Origin: Macrostomum lignano | Lineage: Eukaryota | Assembly (NCBI GenBank): GCA_002269645.1 | Contig: NIVC01000543.1 | Span: 372,001-436,000, forward strand | Reading direction: 5' to 3' | Length of the DNA stretch: 64,000 bases | Shown here: in pieces, positions 59,820 through 64,000 of the stretch | How the letters are laid out: each line of letters opens with the position of its first letter | Numbering within the stretch: the first letter of the stretch is position 1 | Notes under the pieces: model-generated | What the model saw: the letters and a program-made list of their open reading frames with translations, nothing else | Told to the model about the DNA's origin: nothing | Database searches by the model: none | Position numbers and translations under genes: made by a program

Positions 59820-61299
59820 CTGCTGAATAAGATGAGGACAAATCGTTGCAAAGACCCTGAAAGAGTTATTTTGCAGCCAAAAATGGGCAGACTGTCTCGC
59901 GGCTTTTATTTATATAGTGTGGCTAAATAAATGCAGGTCCCCGCATTTCCAGCCTGCAACGAGCGGGGCTCGGGCATATGGCGCCACTTGCTCATGAATG
60001 AAAAAATTTGGGGTTGTTGCCGCGGGATGGGTGGGTGGGTCATTGCTTAGCAGAGGGCTGGAGAGAAGCAAGGTAACAAAAAGCAGATGTTCGTTTTACG
60101 AGCCACGAGCAGCTCTGCATGGGCACGCAGTCGGAGGCCGGGAATTCGTTTAGTAGTAAGAGCTGAGAATTAATTCAGCGCTAATAAGGCGAATAGCAAC
60201 TGCCAACTGGGTTGGTGGGGTGGGTGAACGGCCATCTACACAATAAAGTTCTTCACGCAACTTCTCACAGGGCGGAGCCTGCAGTTCAAAAGGTTAAACC
60301 GAAAGAGCTGCGTGTAGCTTCTAAGAAGGATTTGGGACTGGCCTTGTGACCAAATAAACAAATTGAGACCATCTGACTCTGTAGATAATTGCGGACTAAA
60401 TTACAAGTTCAAGCAGTCCTTGCGCTGCTCTGCTTACTGCTGCAGCCGTTCTTGATTAATTCAGATTAATTAAACCCCTTATGGTCAGCCTCGGACCCTT
60501 GTGGCGCGCAGGCCGCGCCTCTCCTCTATTTTCCGTCCCCCGTGACCCTCGCCCCACCCCCCAACTCCGTTTTGCTGCAGCCCTGCGTGCCGTTTCGGGG
60601 CGGCGGGGGGGGGGGGGGGTTGGGCATTTCCCCCTCTCCCTCCCTCATTAATAACTGAACTTCTGCTTATCAAGATGATCGCAGCCGCTGATTGGCCAGC
60701 TATCTAATACCGTCCATCCCTTCCCCCAATAAGCGCCCCTGTACATTGCTATAAGTACAGAGAGCCCCACCCCACTTCGGTCCAGCCGCTTGGTTTTCCT
60801 CTCCTTGCGAACCCTGGAAAAGTAAAGTGAGACAGACAAGTGCGCACAGGGGATGATATCAGTAATATTGTAAGAGAAGAAACGTAATGATTAATTGTTT
60901 TGATACTAATGATCGATGATGCAATGTATTTCAACAACTTTTTATCCGCAAAACAGCTAAAATTTACACGACAATGCAATTTTTATGCACACAAATGATG
61001 AGTGCAGAAAAAAATTAAATATGGTAATATTCACAAACTGATTAACATACAAGGACCACTAGGAACACTTCGTTATATATCTAGTCTAGTCTAGTCTAGT
61101 CTAGTCTAGTAGTCCTTGTTAACTAATCTTGAGCTAATAAATCAAATAACATTATTCAAATTTGTCCTGCAAAGTCCAGCAAATTATAACTGAAGGCTAG
61201 CTTTTCCAGATTTTTTCCACACTTTGACACTGGATTGATAATTGGCAGTCATTAGTTAGGTGAGAAGTCAGGAGACTCAGGAGAGGAGTGAGGTGTCAG

Positions 61300-61633
61300 T
61301 TAGCAGTCAGCTGTCAGCTGTCAGGAGTCAGCTGTCAGGTTTTAGACCCAGGTGTCAGCAGTCAGCAGTCAGGTGTCAGTTTTCAAATGTCAGCCGTCAG
61401 CAGTCAGCAGTCAGCTGTCAGCTGTCAGGAGTCAGCTGTCAGCTGTCAGGAGTCAGCTGTCAGGAGTCAGCTGTCAGGAGTCAGCTGTCAGGAGTCAGCT
61501 GTCAGGAGTCAGCTGTCAGGAGTCAGCTGTCAAGTTTCAAACCCAGGTGTCAGCAGTCAGCAGTCAGGTGTCAGCAGTCAGTAGTCAGGTGTCAGCTGTC
61601 AGGTGTCAGCAGCCAGGTGTCAGCAGTCAGAAG
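61300..61633. repeat. 14-bp minisatellite (CAGCTGTCAGGAGT)
   Basis: Tandem array just 3' of the NAGS stop. Confidence 0.9.
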
Positions 61634-61882
61634 TCAGTAAAAATCCGCTGGCTTCTCGGACGCGTAGTCAATGAGGGCCCCCAGCAGACCGCTGTCGCTC
61701 AGGCCGTACCAGAAGATGGTCCAGTCTCGATCGGCCTTCCAGCTGCCCTGGGCCAGGGTGTTGTACCAGGCCACTGCCGCCTTGTTGGTGCACTTGGCCC
61801 GCCAGAACAGCCTGGGATAATCTTCCATAATCCGGTTCCACAGCATCACAGCTATGCCGGAGCCCTGGGCCGCTTCGCTGAC
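61634..61882 (-). CDS. NAGS: N-acetylglutamate synthase, last exon (NAT domain)
   Basis: Acceptor TAACAG|GTC. VSEAAQGSGIAVMLW..LFWRAK..WY..GSW..WTIFWYGL..KPADFY* matches the vertebrate-type NAGS C-terminus. Confidence 0.88.
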   Translation of the reverse strand, partial: VSEAAQGSGIAVMLWNRIMEDYPRLFWRAKCTNKAAVAWYNTLAQGSWKADRDWTIFWYGLSDSGLLGALIDYASEKPADFY

Positions 61883-62039
61883 CTGTTATAAAATTAAATT
61901 TCATTTTTTGTAACTGCGTAAAACTGTTGGCCTTTCCTCGCAGACCGGTGGATCAAAGGGAACAGGAGGGATACAGGGCAACCAGGGGGCCATGGAGACC
62001 TTAGGAGACTTAAGGGTGCCAGGTGTGTCAGGTGTGCCA

Positions 62040-62325
62040 GGTGTGCCACTTTAGGGTGCCAGTGTGCCACTTTAGGGTGCCAGGTGTGCCACTTTAAGGT
62101 GCCAGGTGCGCCACTTTAGGGTGCCAGGTGCGCCACTTTAGGGTGCCAGGTGCGCCACTTTAGGGTGCCAGGTGCGCCACTTTAGGGTGCCAGGTGCGCC
62201 ACTTTAGGGTGCCAGGTGCGCCACTTTAGGGTGCCAGGTGCGCCACTTTAGGGTGCCAGGTGTGCCACTTTAGGGTGCCAGGTGTGCCACTTTAGGGTGC
62301 CAGGTGCGCCACTTTAGGGTGCCAG
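62040..62325. repeat. 22-bp minisatellite in NAGS intron
   Basis: GCCAGGTGCGCCACTTTAGGGT, ~13 copies. Confidence 0.93.
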
Positions 62326-62384
62326 CTGCGCCAAATCACACTCCTTGAAGCGCTATTCAAGATCCTCTTTCAGCCCAAACTCAC

Positions 62385-62782
62385 TGCAATCTTGTCCAGG
62401 TAGGGCACCCGAACGTTTGGCAGTCGCAGAACCACCGCGGCGGCACTGTAGCTCTCGCTGAAGTACACGGACTCGACCAGGCCCTCCGCCCGGGTGTACC
62501 AGTCTTCGCGCAGCGTCTTCCCGAACGCCCGGTTGAACAGTGCGGACATGGCCGGCCGGGAGACGCTTTTCAGCGTGCACTGCTGGATGATTTTCTCGCT
62601 GGTGCGGACCATCGTGCCGGAGCCGTGGTGGGTGAACAGCTCCTGCACCACGCAGCCCGCGCTGGTGAGCACCACGTGGCTCTCGCTGGACAGGTTGCCT
62701 AACAGCTCGGCCGAGGTCAGCAGCTGGCGACGTTGCTCAGCGTTCAGGTGACTTCTCGGGCCGGTGAGCGGGGCCAGGTCAC
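62385..62782 (-). CDS. NAGS: N-acetylglutamate synthase, penultimate exon
   Basis: QELFTHHGSGTMV, AFGKTLREDW, VYFSESYSAAAVV and PYLDKIA|GTGAGT. The phase-0 join gives LDKIAVSEAAQGSG. Confidence 0.88.
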
Positions 62783-62883
62783 CTGCGGATGAAGCAGAGA
62801 GCAGGAAGAATTAACAAACAAATAATCAAATACTGACTGACTAACTGACTAACTGACTAACTAACTAACTGACCGACTAACTA

Positions 62884-63852
62884 CTTCGGGTGTGTCATAA
62901 GTAATGTCACTGATGTGAAAACAGACGAACTTGCAATCGCAGATGAACAAAACTGTACCACTCAACAACATAGAGTCCCCCAATATCAATCACCCTCTGG
63001 CAGTGCTCATACAGCTTGTCCACCTCAGCCTGCAGGTGTTTTTCCTCCAACTGCCATAACCAGTGCAACGCAGCCTGTTTTACCTCTTCATGGTTTGCGA
63101 AACTCTTCTTGGAAAAGTCAGCCTTCAGCCATTTGAACAGGAATCTCTTGCAAAAGTTGAAGTCTGGGCTGTAGGGACTGTCAGAGCATATTCACTTGCC
63201 GTGCAGGCAGAAAATTCGAAACAGCCTTCAGGTGTGCAGCCGTGCGGTGTCCATCTGCCACAGAACCTCGTCCAGGTGACATGGATTTGACCGGAGAGTG
63301 CACCAGAGGTCCCCAGTGTGCCGGAAAAAGTCGATAAAGTACTGGCCATCGACCTTGGTGTTCGGTGGAGTTGTGCAGATGGAGACTCGTTTGTTTGGCG
63401 TGAAGGCTACCAGCAGCATGGTCTTCTTGTCCGAGATGGACTTCCTGGTCACCATCGGCCTGAAGTCCCCAGCTCCCAACCAGCAGCGATTATCTGCCTT
63501 GCTGTCCTTGCCATCCAGGTGGAGCCAGCTTTCATCCTCAGCGACCAGGCAGTTTAGGATGTCATTCAAGCCCTGGCTGCTAAACACCTTGCGGATCTGC
63601 TTGGTGCAGGCGTCATGTCGAGATTCATGATGATTTTTGTTCGCTGCATAGACGATTTTTCATCGCGTTGCACTTGCTAAATCTGCTTGGCGTATTCTTG
63701 CGATAGCTTGGGCCATAAACAACCTTTGCACGTCTCAAATGCACTGCTATTGCTTCACTAAGTATACTTTGCAGCTACACTACCCACAAGTCCATGTGCC
63801 TACATATTTTAGACAGAGGCCTGCAGTGACATTACTTATGACACACCCGAAG
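62884..63852 (-). mobile_element. Decayed mariner (Tc1/mariner) transposon, 969 bp
   Basis: 29-bp perfect TIRs (62884-62912 and 63824-63852) with TA on both sides. Transposase remnants AEDESW, QMDTARLH and SPYSPDFN. Confidence 0.92.
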
Positions 63853-63874
63853 TAACTGACTAACTAACTAAGTG

Positions 63875-63933
<59 letters not shown>

Positions 63934-63962
63934 CACTAACTAACTAACTAACTAACTAACTC

Positions 63963-64000
<38 letters not shown>
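63853..64000. repeat. (CTAA)n microsatellite (also 62826-62883)
   Basis: The same tetranucleotide array flanks both sides of the mariner. Confidence 0.95.

Noticed and set aside
58791-59930. 379-aa (LTLS/LPH)n ORF
   Set aside because: Low-complexity CT repeat; its end overlaps a likely exon on the opposite strand.
61260-61891. (SQLSGVSCQE)n ORFs
   Set aside because: Translations of the 14-bp minisatellite.

Overview
This is animal (invertebrate) genomic DNA. The GC-rich, intron-poor, Gln/Ala-rich genes and TTAGGG repeats resemble the flatworm Macrostomum, but that is an inference. In order: a decayed Ty3/Gypsy LTR element (1-1160, minus); the 5' part of a beta-arrestin gene and a two-exon neuron-navigator (unc-53/NAV) gene (3.9-12.8 kb, minus); about 13 kb of minisatellites and nested non-autonomous elements; a second Gypsy element with an internal inversion (26.3-30.3 kb); a ~12-kb endogenous Polinton/adintovirus-like virus (30.3-42.2 kb); a short subtelomeric zone; a ~12.5-kb (TTAGGG)n array (44156-56645); a 256-N gap; then exons of an unknown gene, the last two exons of an N-acetylglutamate synthase gene and a decayed mariner. 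The most notable object is the virus. It keeps the packaging and capsid module (major capsid, penton, A32-like ATPase, adenain protease). It carries an AEP primase-polymerase/D5-like SF3 helicase in front of a 5'-deleted protein-primed PolB, shows no integrase and no paired terminal repeats, begins at a ~100-bp hairpin with AGT-repeat ends, and lies ~2 kb from a telomere that looks added de novo. All protein assignments come from motifs recognised by eye; no searches were run.
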